A stretch of 64,000 bases of DNA from the NCBI GenBank assembly GCA_965224085.1, contig CBDCYI010000011.1:704001-768000 (forward strand), given 5' to 3'. A program made the translations under genes and the position numbers. Below are positions 53,395 to 62,947 of this stretch, one piece after another. Position 1 is the first letter of the stretch, and the number at the start of each line of letters is the position of its first letter. The notes beneath the pieces are model-generated. The model did no database searches. It saw nothing but the letters and a program-made list of their open reading frames with translations, and had not been told where the DNA came from. Source of the DNA: Candidatus Marinacidobacterales bacterium. Lineage in GTDB: Bacteria > Acidobacteriota > Vicinamibacteria > Marinacidobacterales > SMYC01.

Positions 53395-56300
53395 GGTGCG
53401 CCTCCGTTCGTTGTCGTGACCGTTTCCGGTCGGTCGTCCCACCAGAACTGCGGCGGTAGCGACTTTCGCTCGGGCCAGATTTTCTCGAGGGTCGTCGTTT
53501 CGAAGAGCTCGCCGTTCTTCATGACATAGCGCAGGCTGTTCGTGTTCTCGATGTCAACGAGCGGGTTGCGCTCGAGCACGATAATGTCGGCGAGTTTTCC
53601 GGGCTCGAGCGAGCCGAGATCGGTCGAAAGGCCGATAGCCTCAGCGCTATGGAGTGTTACGGCTCGAAGGGTCTCGTGCTCGGTAAGCCCGCCCGATTGG
53701 AGCGCCCACGTCTCCCAATGCGCGCCGATCCCTTGGAGCTGGCCGTGGCTCCCGAGGCCACATTTTCCGCCGGCGCGCACGATCTTCATGCAGCCTTCCG
53801 CGATAGCCGAGTGAACGTATTCTTCTTTCGAAAACCACTGGCCGCGCCGCCGCACCATGTTGTCGAGAAGTTGATAAGGGATGAAGCGTGCGAGCTTCTC
53901 GTCCTGGGCGACGTCGGTGTTTTGAAAGAAGTAGTTCTCCGTCCACGGGCCGCCATAGGCGACGAGAATCGTCGGGGTGTAATAGGTCTCGGTCCTGGCG
54001 ACGTATTGCGCGATGTCGTCATAGATCGGGTTGATGGGAAGGCTGTGCTCGTGGCCGGAATAGCCGTCCGCCATTTGAGTGAGATCGAGCTTCAAGTCGA
54101 GGGCTCCTTCCGTCGTCGGGGTGAGCTCGTATTTCCGCGCCGCCTTCGCGACCCATTGCCGCACGATGCGATCGCCGACGACATATTGCTTGATGGTGCG
54201 CGCGTCATAGGCGTCGCGGTAGCGCTCGAGAAAGTGGTCGGTGGCTTCTTGATCATCGACCCCTGACGTCGCAAAGATGCCGGGGCCGGTGGCGTAGATG
54301 CGCGGCCCGAGAATCTCACCCGCCTCGACGAGGTCGGCGTAGGCGAAGACATCGTCCGTGGAAGTTTGCGGATCCCGCGTGGTCGTCACGCCATAAGCGA
54401 GGTTCGAAAGATATTGCCAGACCTGCGTCTGATGGACGCCGCGCGGCGCCCACATATGCGCGTGCGCGTCCACGAATCCGGGCATGATGGTCCGGCCCGA
54501 CACGTCGATGATCGCGGCGCCGGCCGGAATGGCAACATCATTGCCGATCGCCGCGATCCGATTGTCGGTGACCACGATGTCGGCGCCTTCGAGGATCTCG
54601 TCTCCACGCATCGTGACGATGCGCGCCGCGCCGCGCAGAACGACCGAGCCCGACGGTTTGGGGCGCGCTACGGTGACGGTTATCTCCACGGCCTCGGGCT
54701 CTTCGCCGATCTGCTGGCTGTAGAAGCGCCGCCCCTGTGACCACAACACCTTGGTGCCGTCGGCGGACCAGCTCAAATAGCTTCCGCCCCCGCGGGAAAG
54801 CTCACTCACCGGTACGGCCGCATCGCCCCCGGGCGTGATCTTGATCTCGAGCGTCTCCTTGCCCGCGCTCGGGATCGACACGAGGTAGTGCTTGTTTTGA
54901 AGGTCGACAAACGCGCGGCGGCCATCCGGTGCAAGAACGATCGCGTCCGCGCTCGGCGGATTCGGCCCGGGGCCGGTGCCCTGCACTTCGAAATGGGCTT
55001 TTCGATCGTAGCCGTCGAGACGGATCGAGCTCAAACCGTCAGACGTCGTGAGATAGACGCGCTCCGGATCGTCCGTGAAGTGAGGGAAGCGCCCTCCATT
55101 CGTCGAAGCAATGAGCTTCGAAGCGCCGCCCTCGGCTGGGAAGGATCTCAAATCCGTCGTACCCGTCCGGCGGACGCCTCCGATTTCTTCGTCCTGGTAA
55201 ACATGAGCATCTCCGGGCTCATTCAAGAACGAATAGAGCTGGTCGTCGCGCGAGCCTGTAATGAAGACGATACGGCTGCCGTCTGGCGCGTAGACGGGAT
55301 CGGCGTAGTAAGCCGCATGCTCCGACAGCCGCTCGGGATCGCTCCCAGGAGCCACACGGTAGATGTGCCCCCCATCGATATCCCAAGTGACGAACGTGAC
55401 GTAGCGGCCTTCGGGCGACCAGCTCGGCATGAACTCGCCCACGTCTAAATCCGTGAGGCGCTCGGGCGTTCCCATCGGAAGCGTCATCCGCCACAAGCGG
55501 TTGAAGGCGCTGAACACGAGCTCGTTCTCGTCGGGGGAGAGCGCGGGCCAGCGGATAATTCGTGCTCGCACCGTGGCACTGTCATCGACGCGCCCGTCGA
55601 AATGAATGCGCGGGCCGATTTCAGCGGCGACGTGCGCGGTGAACGGGATGTCCTCGGACGCACCCGTCTCGAAATCGATGCGGCGGATCTTGCCGTCGAT
55701 CGGCACGATGAGCGAACGGCCATCAGGATCGAAAACGTAGCTCGGCATCGTATCGCGCGACGCCCGCGACTCCTGGTCGTCCCGCGTGACGGGGTAGGCG
55801 AGCCAGCGTTCGGCGCCCGTCTCGAGATCCCGAACCCTGAGACCGGTCCCGGTGCGAAAACGCGTCGCGTAGACGAGATGGTCGCCGTCGGGGGAAAGTA
55901 CCGGCCGCATGGCGCTTCCTTGCGCGTTAGTGATGGTCGCCGTCTCGCTCGTTTCCCGGTCGAAGCGGACGATCTGCCAGATGGGGAACTGCGCGTTGTA
56001 GTTGAACGTCCCACGCCGTTCGCCGTAATAGATGAAACGCCCATCGGGCGAGGCTACCGCGCCGACCTTGTTGGGCGGCTGGACGCGGGGGGCGCCCGGC
56101 GAGGGCGGTGTTGGTGGTGGCGCCGGACCGACGCGAACCCCCGTGCCCCCGTCGCGGTGGTACATGAAAAGACCGAACGTTCTTTCTGGAGTGCGCTGCT
56201 TCGAGACGAGGATGTAATCGCCGTCCGCGGTCCAAGACGGTGAGGCCATGAGCTGCGGCCTCGATTTAGTGGGTTTGTCTTTACCCACTGCACGCGGATT

Positions 56301-56654
56301 TCCGCCATCCGCGTCAGCGATCCAGAGGTTTTCGACGCCGCTGCGGTCGCTCAAAAAAGCGATGGTGGTGCCGTCGGGCGAGAACCGCGGCTGGCTTTCG
56401 AAAGACATGCCGCCGACAATGCGCGTCGCCTCGCCACCCGTGATCGGGAGAGTATAGAGGTCGCCGAGCACATCGAATACGAGCGTCGTCCCATCGGGAG
56501 AGACGTCGAGCGACATCCAAGTGACCTCGTCGACGGTGAACGCGAGCGTCTCCGCTACTTCGAGCGGTAGACCTTCTTCTTTTTTGTCATCTTGCGCCTG
56601 CGCCCCCGAGAGCGCCCATACGGCAATCAACCCCATCATGGTCTGGCACTTCAT
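53391..56654 (-). CDS. PD40/TolB-like beta-propeller + amidohydrolase protein
   Basis: WMSLDVSPDG and other SPDG repeats; MPGFVDAHAH, GSHGQ and GKLADI; AGGAGG RBS. Confidence 0.9.
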   Translation of the reverse strand: MKCQTMMGLIAVWALSGAQAQDDKKEEGLPLEVAETLAFTVDEVTWMSLDVSPDGTTLVFDVLGDLYTLPITGGEATRIVGGMSFESQPRFSPDGTTIAFLSDRSGVENLWIADADGGNPRAVGKDKPTKSRPQLMASPSWTADGDYILVSKQRTPERTFGLFMYHRDGGTGVRVGPAPPPTPPSPGAPRVQPPNKVGAVASPDGRFIYYGERRGTFNYNAQFPIWQIVRFDRETSETATITNAQGSAMRPVLSPDGDHLVYATRFRTGTGLRVRDLETGAERWLAYPVTRDDQESRASRDTMPSYVFDPDGRSLIVPIDGKIRRIDFETGASEDIPFTAHVAAEIGPRIHFDGRVDDSATVRARIIRWPALSPDENELVFSAFNRLWRMTLPMGTPERLTDLDVGEFMPSWSPEGRYVTFVTWDIDGGHIYRVAPGSDPERLSEHAAYYADPVYAPDGSRIVFITGSRDDQLYSFLNEPGDAHVYQDEEIGGVRRTGTTDLRSFPAEGGASKLIASTNGGRFPHFTDDPERVYLTTSDGLSSIRLDGYDRKAHFEVQGTGPGPNPPSADAIVLAPDGRRAFVDLQNKHYLVSIPSAGKETLEIKITPGGDAAVPVSELSRGGGSYLSWSADGTKVLWSQGRRFYSQQIGEEPEAVEITVTVARPKPSGSVVLRGAARIVTMRGDEILEGADIVVTDNRIAAIGNDVAIPAGAAIIDVSGRTIMPGFVDAHAHMWAPRGVHQTQVWQYLSNLAYGVTTTRDPQTSTDDVFAYADLVEAGEILGPRIYATGPGIFATSGVDDQEATDHFLERYRDAYDARTIKQYVVGDRIVRQWVAKAARKYELTPTTEGALDLKLDLTQMADGYSGHEHSLPINPIYDDIAQYVARTETYYTPTILVAYGGPWTENYFFQNTDVAQDEKLARFIPYQLLDNMVRRRGQWFSKEEYVHSAIAEGCMKIVRAGGKCGLGSHGQLQGIGAHWETWALQSGGLTEHETLRAVTLHSAEAIGLSTDLGSLEPGKLADIIVLERNPLVDIENTNSLRYVMKNGELFETTTLEKIWPERKSLPPQFWWDDRPETVTTTNGGAP

Positions 56655-56688
56655 GGACTGGCCTCCTGGGTGCGATAATAAACGAAAT

Positions 56689-57855
56689 ATGGTCGTCACC
56701 GGGCTCGAGAAGCTTCTAGGCGCTGAAATCGACCGCGTTGCCGGAAAGACGGTCGGGCTCATCGCGAACTCCGCGACCGTAGACAGCGCGCTCTGTCATG
56801 CGATCGATCGACTCTACGCTCGAAAAGAGATCGAGCTCGCTTGTTTGTTCGGCCCCGAGCACGGGTTGCGGGCGAGCGCTCAAGATCTCATCGAAATCGA
56901 AGACGACGCTGACCCGATCACGGGCCTTCCGGTCCGGAGTCTCTACGGGCCGACCCGTGTTCCCTCGAAAGAGATGCTCGACGGTCTCGACGCCGTCATC
57001 TTCGACATCCAGGATGTCGGCTCGCGCTACTACACCTACATCTGGACGATGGCACATGCCATGGAAGCTTGCGCGCGCGACGACATCGAGCTCATCGTGC
57101 TCGACCGTCCCAATCCCATCGACGGCGTGCACATGGAGGGGAATCTCATCGAGGGGAGCCATCTTTCCTTCGTCGGTGTCTACCCGATCCCGAACCGGCA
57201 CGGCATGACGTCGGGTGAGATCGCACGGCTCGTGAACGACGAGTTCGGAGTGCATTGCCCGCTCACGGTGGTCGAAATGGACGGTTGGCGGCGCAGGGAC
57301 TGGTTCGACGAAACGGGCCTTCCCTGGGTGCTGCCGTCGCCGAACATGCCGACGCTCGACACAGCGACCGTCTATCCCGGAGGCTGTCTCATCGAAGGCA
57401 CCAATCTTTCCGAAGGGCGCGGCACGACCCGGCCTTTCGAGATCATGGGCGCGCCATGGATCGACGGAGAGAAGTTGGCACGCGCCCTCCGCGAAGAAGA
57501 TTTGCCGGGAGTGGTCTTTCGCCCGCTCTGCTTCCAGCCCACGTTCCACAAGTTCGAAGGCGAACTCTGCGGGGGTATCCAGCAGCATGTCGTCGATCGA
57601 GACGCCTACCTACCACTGCGAACCGGCTACGCGCTGTTGCGCGCTATCCGGAAGCTTTGGCCGCGAGAGTTCGCCTGGCGACCTCCTCCCTATGAATACG
57701 AGCTCGAACGCCCCGCGATCGAAATCCTCACTGGCAACAGCAAGATTCGCGAGCAGATCGACAACGCGGTGCCACTCGTTGATATCGAGAACGCATGGCA
57801 AGTCGACTTCGCCAGGTTCGAGAAGGTGCGCGAGCGCTATCTTCTCTACGATTAG
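56689..57855 (+). CDS. Exo-beta-N-acetylmuramidase NamZ family (DUF1343)
   Basis: FGPEHG, FDIQDVGSRYYTY, LDRPNP, RHGMT.GE, SPNMP and SEGRGT. Confidence 0.92.
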   Translation: MVVTGLEKLLGAEIDRVAGKTVGLIANSATVDSALCHAIDRLYARKEIELACLFGPEHGLRASAQDLIEIEDDADPITGLPVRSLYGPTRVPSKEMLDGLDAVIFDIQDVGSRYYTYIWTMAHAMEACARDDIELIVLDRPNPIDGVHMEGNLIEGSHLSFVGVYPIPNRHGMTSGEIARLVNDEFGVHCPLTVVEMDGWRRRDWFDETGLPWVLPSPNMPTLDTATVYPGGCLIEGTNLSEGRGTTRPFEIMGAPWIDGEKLARALREEDLPGVVFRPLCFQPTFHKFEGELCGGIQQHVVDRDAYLPLRTGYALLRAIRKLWPREFAWRPPPYEYELERPAIEILTGNSKIREQIDNAVPLVDIENAWQVDFARFEKVRERYLLYD

Positions 57856-57872
57856 AGAGGAGCGCATCCAGT

Positions 57873-58523
57873 ATGAGTCCGTCGACCCAACTCGCGTCGG
57901 ATGACCAAAAACGGGTCCGGATGCTTGCCCTCATCGCAGCTGGGCTCGGCGTGGCGCATGTCGTCGCCATGCTTCTCTACTATGGAGATTTTGTCGACGA
58001 CTACGTGCACGTCTCCTTCTTCGACCTGGACGAGGAAGAAAGCTTCGGGACTTGGTTCAGCGCGGTGATTCTGCTCTACGCGGGACGCATCCTGCTGCGA
58101 CACCCACGTGCTGACGGCGACCCCTGGCATCGTTGGTGGCTCTTGCTCGCGATCGGATTTCATATTCTGTCCATCGACGAGGTCGCGGCGATGCACGAAT
58201 ACGTCAACACCGTCGTCGAAAACACACGATGGACCACGTTCGGTGCAGCCATCGTTGCGGTTGTCGGGCTGGCCTACCTTCCTTTTTTGCGCGCGCTGTC
58301 CGCGAGGATTCGCTTCCTGTTCATCGTGGCGGCGGTCGTCTATGTCGGCGGCGCCGTGGGCGTCGAGCGTGCGACCGACTGGTATGATGTGCACGACCTT
58401 CTCAACACGCTTGCCTACAACCTCTGGACGGCGGTCGAGGAAACGATGGAAATGGCCGGCGTCATCGTCTTCATCTACGCGCTTCTTCTTCTCAAGGATG
58501 AACGAAAAGTGAAGACGTCGTGA
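57873..58523 (+). CDS. Hypothetical multi-pass membrane protein
   Basis: Hydrophobic helices; F.LD.E...TW, SIDE...HE and EE..EM.G. Confidence 0.75.
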   Translation: MSPSTQLASDDQKRVRMLALIAAGLGVAHVVAMLLYYGDFVDDYVHVSFFDLDEEESFGTWFSAVILLYAGRILLRHPRADGDPWHRWWLLLAIGFHILSIDEVAAMHEYVNTVVENTRWTTFGAAIVAVVGLAYLPFLRALSARIRFLFIVAAVVYVGGAVGVERATDWYDVHDLLNTLAYNLWTAVEETMEMAGVIVFIYALLLLKDERKVKTS

Positions 58524-59466
58524 AAACACGGTCACCCCAGCGTTTCTTGTAACGGACTTGCGTGCCGAGATCATACGTAGAGACACCCGCGTCGCACAAG
58601 CGGCGGATTTGCTCGAGCTGGCACAGATTGCCGAGGGAAAGATCGGCGTAGCGATGATCGAAGCTGAACTGCAGGCCACGATACGTGTCGCCGAAAAGCC
58701 CACCGAAGATATAGGCGACGTCGGCGCCATCGAGGGTCGCGAAGAGGAGCCGGCGCGCACCCCTGTCGACGAGGCGGCGATTCATCTCGCGGTAAAACGA
58801 GCCCATCGGGTCGCCATCGATCCCGACGCCGCGTTGGCCTTTCCAACTCTTGCGCTCGATGGTCAAAAGTCTGTCGAAGGACGCGTCGGCCTCGCTGGCC
58901 TCTGCGTTATCTGCGACCTCGAATCGAATGCCCGCGCCGCGAGCGCGCTTTTCGGCTTTCCGCAGATTCTTGCGGAAGCCAGTCGAACGATTCGCGAGAA
59001 AACCGTCGACTCCCTTGGCTAGCCTTGCCACATAGCGACGCGTCGCCGCCCCACGCGAGAGCGAGAAGCGCTGGCTGAGCTCGGGGACGAGCTTCTGCCA
59101 GAGCCCAGAGCTGTCGCCGATCCCCGAGACGAGTGCTACGTCCCAAGAGTCGTCATCCGTGAGGGAGCTTACGAGAAGCTCGGCGAGCTCTGCGGGATTA
59201 CCGCCGGCGAGAGGTGATGCGAGCCCCCACATCGCTTCGAGTGGATGGACCAACCGCGTGCCGTCGTTGTGACGCGTGTGCGCGAGGGTCAAGTACGCGT
59301 CCTGCGAGCGAACGACAAAAGGCCTTGAAGCAGCAGAGAAGTGCTGTACCGCCGGAAGTATCCAGAGTGAGGAGGAGCAGAAATGATCGATCGCAGGCGT
59401 TGTGAGCACGACCTCGTCGTAGTGGGCCGCGTCTGCGGAGAGCTCTTCGAAGCTAAGGCGAGACAT
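58492..59466 (-). CDS. GNAT family acetyltransferase (CelD/BcsL-like)
   Basis: FRKNLRKAEKRA, SWKG, FD..YA..S.G.L, YDLG...YK.RW. Confidence 0.8.
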   Translation of the reverse strand: MSRLSFEELSADAAHYDEVVLTTPAIDHFCSSSLWILPAVQHFSAASRPFVVRSQDAYLTLAHTRHNDGTRLVHPLEAMWGLASPLAGGNPAELAELLVSSLTDDDSWDVALVSGIGDSSGLWQKLVPELSQRFSLSRGAATRRYVARLAKGVDGFLANRSTGFRKNLRKAEKRARGAGIRFEVADNAEASEADASFDRLLTIERKSWKGQRGVGIDGDPMGSFYREMNRRLVDRGARRLLFATLDGADVAYIFGGLFGDTYRGLQFSFDHRYADLSLGNLCQLEQIRRLCDAGVSTYDLGTQVRYKKRWGDRVFTTSSLFVHP

Positions 59467-59583
59467 CGACACGGCCGATAATACGCCACGCTGCAAAAAA
59501 CACGATGCGCGACTCCTCCAATGAGAAGCTTGCGAAGCCGTATGCGCCCGTGTGATTCTACGCGCCATGGGAGGACTCCAAAA

Positions 59584-60495
59584 ATGAAGCAGGCAAGAAA
59601 GACACAGTTTTTCGTCGCTGCGATCGCGATATTGGCCGGATGGTCAACCTTGGCCGCGGCGCAGGGACAGCGCGCCTTGACCCCGGAAGAGCAAGCCGAG
59701 CGGGAGAAGCGGTTTCAAGCCGAGCTCGTCATGCCTCGACCGGTTGAAGCGCTCGATTCTATCTGGATCGAGGAGCTGACCTGGGTCGAGATTCGTGACG
59801 CGATCGCCTCCGGGAAGACGAGCGTCCTCGTCCCGACCGGAGGGATCGAGCAAAACGGCCCCTACGTGGCGATGGGGAAGCACAACTACATTCTTCAGAC
59901 GGCGTGCGAGGACATCGCGAGAGAGCTAGGCAACGCGCTCTGTGCGCCCATCGTCAAGCTCGTGCCGGAAGGCGATATCGACGAGCCGTCGGGCCACATG
60001 CGCTATTCGGGCACGATCAGCGTCCAAAACGAGACTTTCGAGGCCGTGCTCGAAGACGTCGGCCGGAGCCTGAAGGTGCATGGCTTCGAGAACATCATTT
60101 ATATAGGCGATAGCGGAGGCAATCAGCTCGGCCAAGAGGCGGTGACTGAGCGGCTCAACAAGCGCTGGAAGGACGCGCGCGCGCATCACATCGGTGGTTT
60201 TTACGACAATAACGGGCTCATCAAATACATGAATGACGAGCTCGGGATAACCGAGCCTTCGAGTGACGGCGTTCACGATTCTTATTGGATCACGGCGCTT
60301 CAGATGGTGACGGACCCATCGACGGTCCGCTACGAACAGCGGGTGGCCGCGAACAAAGCGATGGTGAACGGTGTGAGCATCGCGGACCTCGACAAGACGG
60401 TTGCGGTCGGCAAGAAGCTGATGCAGTGGCGCGTCGACAAAACGGTCAAGCTGATTCGCGAATCGATTGGCGCGGGCCATGCGTCACAGCAATAA
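59584..60495 (+). CDS. Creatininase family protein (exported)
   Basis: EELTW.E, PTGGIEQNGP...GKH, IGDSGGN and HD. Confidence 0.88.
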   Translation: MKQARKTQFFVAAIAILAGWSTLAAAQGQRALTPEEQAEREKRFQAELVMPRPVEALDSIWIEELTWVEIRDAIASGKTSVLVPTGGIEQNGPYVAMGKHNYILQTACEDIARELGNALCAPIVKLVPEGDIDEPSGHMRYSGTISVQNETFEAVLEDVGRSLKVHGFENIIYIGDSGGNQLGQEAVTERLNKRWKDARAHHIGGFYDNNGLIKYMNDELGITEPSSDGVHDSYWITALQMVTDPSTVRYEQRVAANKAMVNGVSIADLDKTVAVGKKLMQWRVDKTVKLIRESIGAGHASQQ

Positions 60496-60507
60496 GACGC
60501 GCGCTTG

Positions 60508-60577
60508 ATGTCACTTGCTGCCGGCTCCCGCCTCGGCTCTTACGAGGTGGGCTCTGCGATCGGTGTCGGTGGTATGG
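60508..60577 (+). pseudogene. Ser/Thr protein kinase 5' end interrupted in the Gly-rich loop by IS110 end
   Basis: Manual translation MSLAAGSRLGSYEVGSAIGVGGM, cut where GEVY would follow. Confidence 0.8.
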
Positions 60578-60592
60578 ACTCCCCACGCCGGA

Positions 60593-61888
60593 TCAAGAGA
60601 AAACCTTCTTCGTAGGAATCATCGTCGATTCGCTTTTTGTTGTGGACGTCCGCGAGGGGTCGTAAAGAGTTCTTTGTCGAAGCATCGCCATGGCGATGGG
60701 TAGAATGCGGTCCATGACGCCTCTGAGAGCTCTGGCATGGCTGTGGCCCGCGTCGCGAAGCCGATCGTAGTGCTTTTTAAAGTGTGGGTCGCGAAGCACG
60801 GCAGTGCTGGCCCAATGATGGAGAGCGTTATTGAGGGGCAAAGAGCGAGCTCTCCTCATCAGGATAGTTGGTCGCAACTGACCGCGCTTGCCGCTTTTTT
60901 TCGTGACGGGTGCGATGCCGCTGAGAGTCCTGAAGGCTTTGAGATTTCGTAGCCGAATGGGGTCGTGGGCATAGCAGAGCACGGAGGCGAGCACGTAAGC
61001 ACCGACGCCGGGCAAAGAGGCAAGAATGGCAGCGTCGGAGCACTGCTTGTCGTTCAGTGCTTGCAAGCGCTTGAACCACTTCTCGAGATGCTGGTCGGAG
61101 GCACGACGATGTTGTCGAACGAGGAGCAACTGCTGAAGGAGCAGTTCGAGATGCTCAGAAGTAGCTTTGGTGGTTGCATGCGCGACTCGGAGTGGTTTTT
61201 GATTGAGGGTATCGAGGATCTGCTCGGGTTTTACGCGTCGGATGCGGTGTTTTTTAACGAGCGTCTCGATGGTGTGGCGGCTAAGAGAGTTGGGGCTGGA
61301 TTCGAAGAAGAGTTTTAGGAGCTCGCAGAAAAACGCGTCGAGAGCCTTATTCTTTGGCGCGAGCGAGACGAGGTGAGGCCAACAACGAGTAAGGAGTTCT
61401 CGGATCTGCGAGCTGAGGGCAACGTGGTTTTTGACAAGTTGGTCGCGGGTGCTCAACAGCCCGCGCATAGCAAGGATCTCCGGAGGTGGAAGTTGCAAGC
61501 GCTGAAAGCGGTGACCGTCGGTTCTGAGCGAATCGGCGAGAACGAAGGCGTCGCGCCGATCATCCTTGGCGCCGCTCATAGAATGCCGGTCGCGGAAACG
61601 GTCGACCTGCTTGGGATTGATGGAGAAAATGGCGATGGCGTTGTCAAGAAAGAGCTCGACGACGGCTCCATGAGGCTTTTCGATCGCCACTGCGATGCGC
61701 TCGGTGTCTTGCGTGGTCAGTTCCAGAAGCCAGCCGATCGTTTCTGAAAGTCCTTCGCGGCTATGAGGAAAGCCGCGCTCCCCCATAAATTGTCCCCTGG
61801 TATCGACCACGCTGGCCAAGTGAAGCCATTGGCCCAGGTCGACACCGACGAAGAAGTCGTAGTCGAGCTGATTCCTGGAAGAACTCAT
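60593..61888 (-). CDS. IS110-family recombinase/transposase
   Basis: DEDD RuvC-like residues (GVDLG, AIEK, KDDRRDA); SLPGVG and GIAPVTKKSG (Tnp-domain Ser). Confidence 0.95.
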   Translation of the reverse strand: MSSSRNQLDYDFFVGVDLGQWLHLASVVDTRGQFMGERGFPHSREGLSETIGWLLELTTQDTERIAVAIEKPHGAVVELFLDNAIAIFSINPKQVDRFRDRHSMSGAKDDRRDAFVLADSLRTDGHRFQRLQLPPPEILAMRGLLSTRDQLVKNHVALSSQIRELLTRCWPHLVSLAPKNKALDAFFCELLKLFFESSPNSLSRHTIETLVKKHRIRRVKPEQILDTLNQKPLRVAHATTKATSEHLELLLQQLLLVRQHRRASDQHLEKWFKRLQALNDKQCSDAAILASLPGVGAYVLASVLCYAHDPIRLRNLKAFRTLSGIAPVTKKSGKRGQLRPTILMRRARSLPLNNALHHWASTAVLRDPHFKKHYDRLRDAGHSHARALRGVMDRILPIAMAMLRQRTLYDPSRTSTTKSESTMIPTKKVFS

Positions 61889-61901
61889 TGCCGTCAGCGC
61901 A

Positions 61902-62036
61902 TGTGATGTTTCATCGGCCCCTGTACCGGCGCTCGAAGCGCAACTCCCCATTGGATGTCCATCACAAGAAAATTGCCGGCACGCGTGTCCATACCGGGCG
62001 CTCGGAGCGCAGGGCGAAGTATGGCGTTGCCGGCAA
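61902..62036 (-). ncRNA. Putative bridge RNA (target-binding and donor-binding loops); 5' end not defined
   Basis: Two stem-enclosed internal loops, each capped by a GCGCT-N3-AGCGC hairpin; loop sequences match the observed insertion junction and the element end. Confidence 0.8.
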
Positions 62037-62083
62037 GCTGCTGACGAAATCGAAAATAGTTCAAGCTCATCGTGAGATTTGCT

Positions 62084-62500
62084 CTACCACTGCAATCGAA
62101 GCTGGCGCGCGATGCCACCAGCTCGTGCTGGTTTTTTTCTCGGTTGTTTCGGGCGAAGCACGTCTGCGAGTTTTTCTCGAAGGTAGCGAACATAAGGCGG
62201 GTCTAGATATTCACTTCGCACTTCCTCGAGCACAGGTGAAAAATAGCGAAGGGAGCGAATGGGTTGTAGTGGCTCCTCATGCTCTTGTAGCTCCCGACGA
62301 GCGCAACCCAGAAGTAGGGCGCACTCGAATTCGTATAACGGGACGCCCTGGCGGTAGAGTCGCGTCGCCATGAAGCGATCGTCGCGCCGTGGTCGCTCAG
62401 GTGTGTTCGGAATAGAAACATAGATATCCAAAACCGCCCGGACATAATCGTTTTCTGTTAGAGCGTCGCTCGTGAGCGGTTTATCACTGAGCTTCGACAT
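62084..62500 (-). CDS. Hypothetical passenger protein
   Basis: ~138 aa; YVRAVL..Y...P.TP, ALLLGCARR, PIRSLRYF.PV.EEV; GGAGG RBS. Confidence 0.7.
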   Translation of the reverse strand: MSKLSDKPLTSDALTENDYVRAVLDIYVSIPNTPERPRRDDRFMATRLYRQGVPLYEFECALLLGCARRELQEHEEPLQPIRSLRYFSPVLEEVRSEYLDPPYVRYLREKLADVLRPKQPRKKPARAGGIARQLRLQW

Positions 62501-62889
62501 CCATCCACCTCCCGCGTCCGCCGCAGATACAGCATTTGGCATATCCGAAACTGTCAAGCTTCGTTTTCATTGAAAGAACCATCGAGCTCCGTGACCGGAT
62601 CTGTTCTCTGATTCCTACATTGCCCGAGTTACCGACGTGAATGGAACCATGATCCGTTACTTTTTCTTGGTGTCGTCGATACTCACGTTGCCGGTCCGCA
62701 CAATCTCGACTGTCCTTCGACACTTTCTCGATCTTTGCGGTTGTAGCCGCGACACTTTATTAGGCCGGCATGATAAGAGCACGCTTTACCGCAGTAGCAG
62801 TGTCCACGGTCACAGCTCTTGCAGATGTAGAAGGCCTCTGAACAGTTACGACAAAAACGCTGGTACACAACGACTGGTTTGGTGGCCAT
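62484..62889 (-). pseudogene. Cys-rich (Zn-finger-like) passenger protein, frameshifted near 62720
   Basis: CRNC...CKSCDRGHCYC..AC in one frame, continuing as DRQREYRR...VTDHGS...CCICG in another. Confidence 0.65.
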
Positions 62890-62947
62890 TTGAGACTCAG
62901 CAAGCGCTGGACTATGGCGTTTTCTCTTGATCCGGCGTGGGGAGTCC

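Larger units (their letters stand above)
60576..62947 (-). mobile_element. IS110-family element with upstream non-coding RNA region and passenger ORFs, bounded by two inverted copies of its right end
   Basis: 31-bp perfect inverted repeat 60574-60604 / 62919-62949; each end interrupts a different gene at GG(T/A)ATGG; no TSD. Confidence 0.75.

Noticed and set aside
62151-62159. GGGCGAAGC as the missing left junction of the IS110 insertion
   Set aside because: One mismatch to the guide, not preceded by GTACA, followed by non-kinase sequence, and inside the passenger ORF
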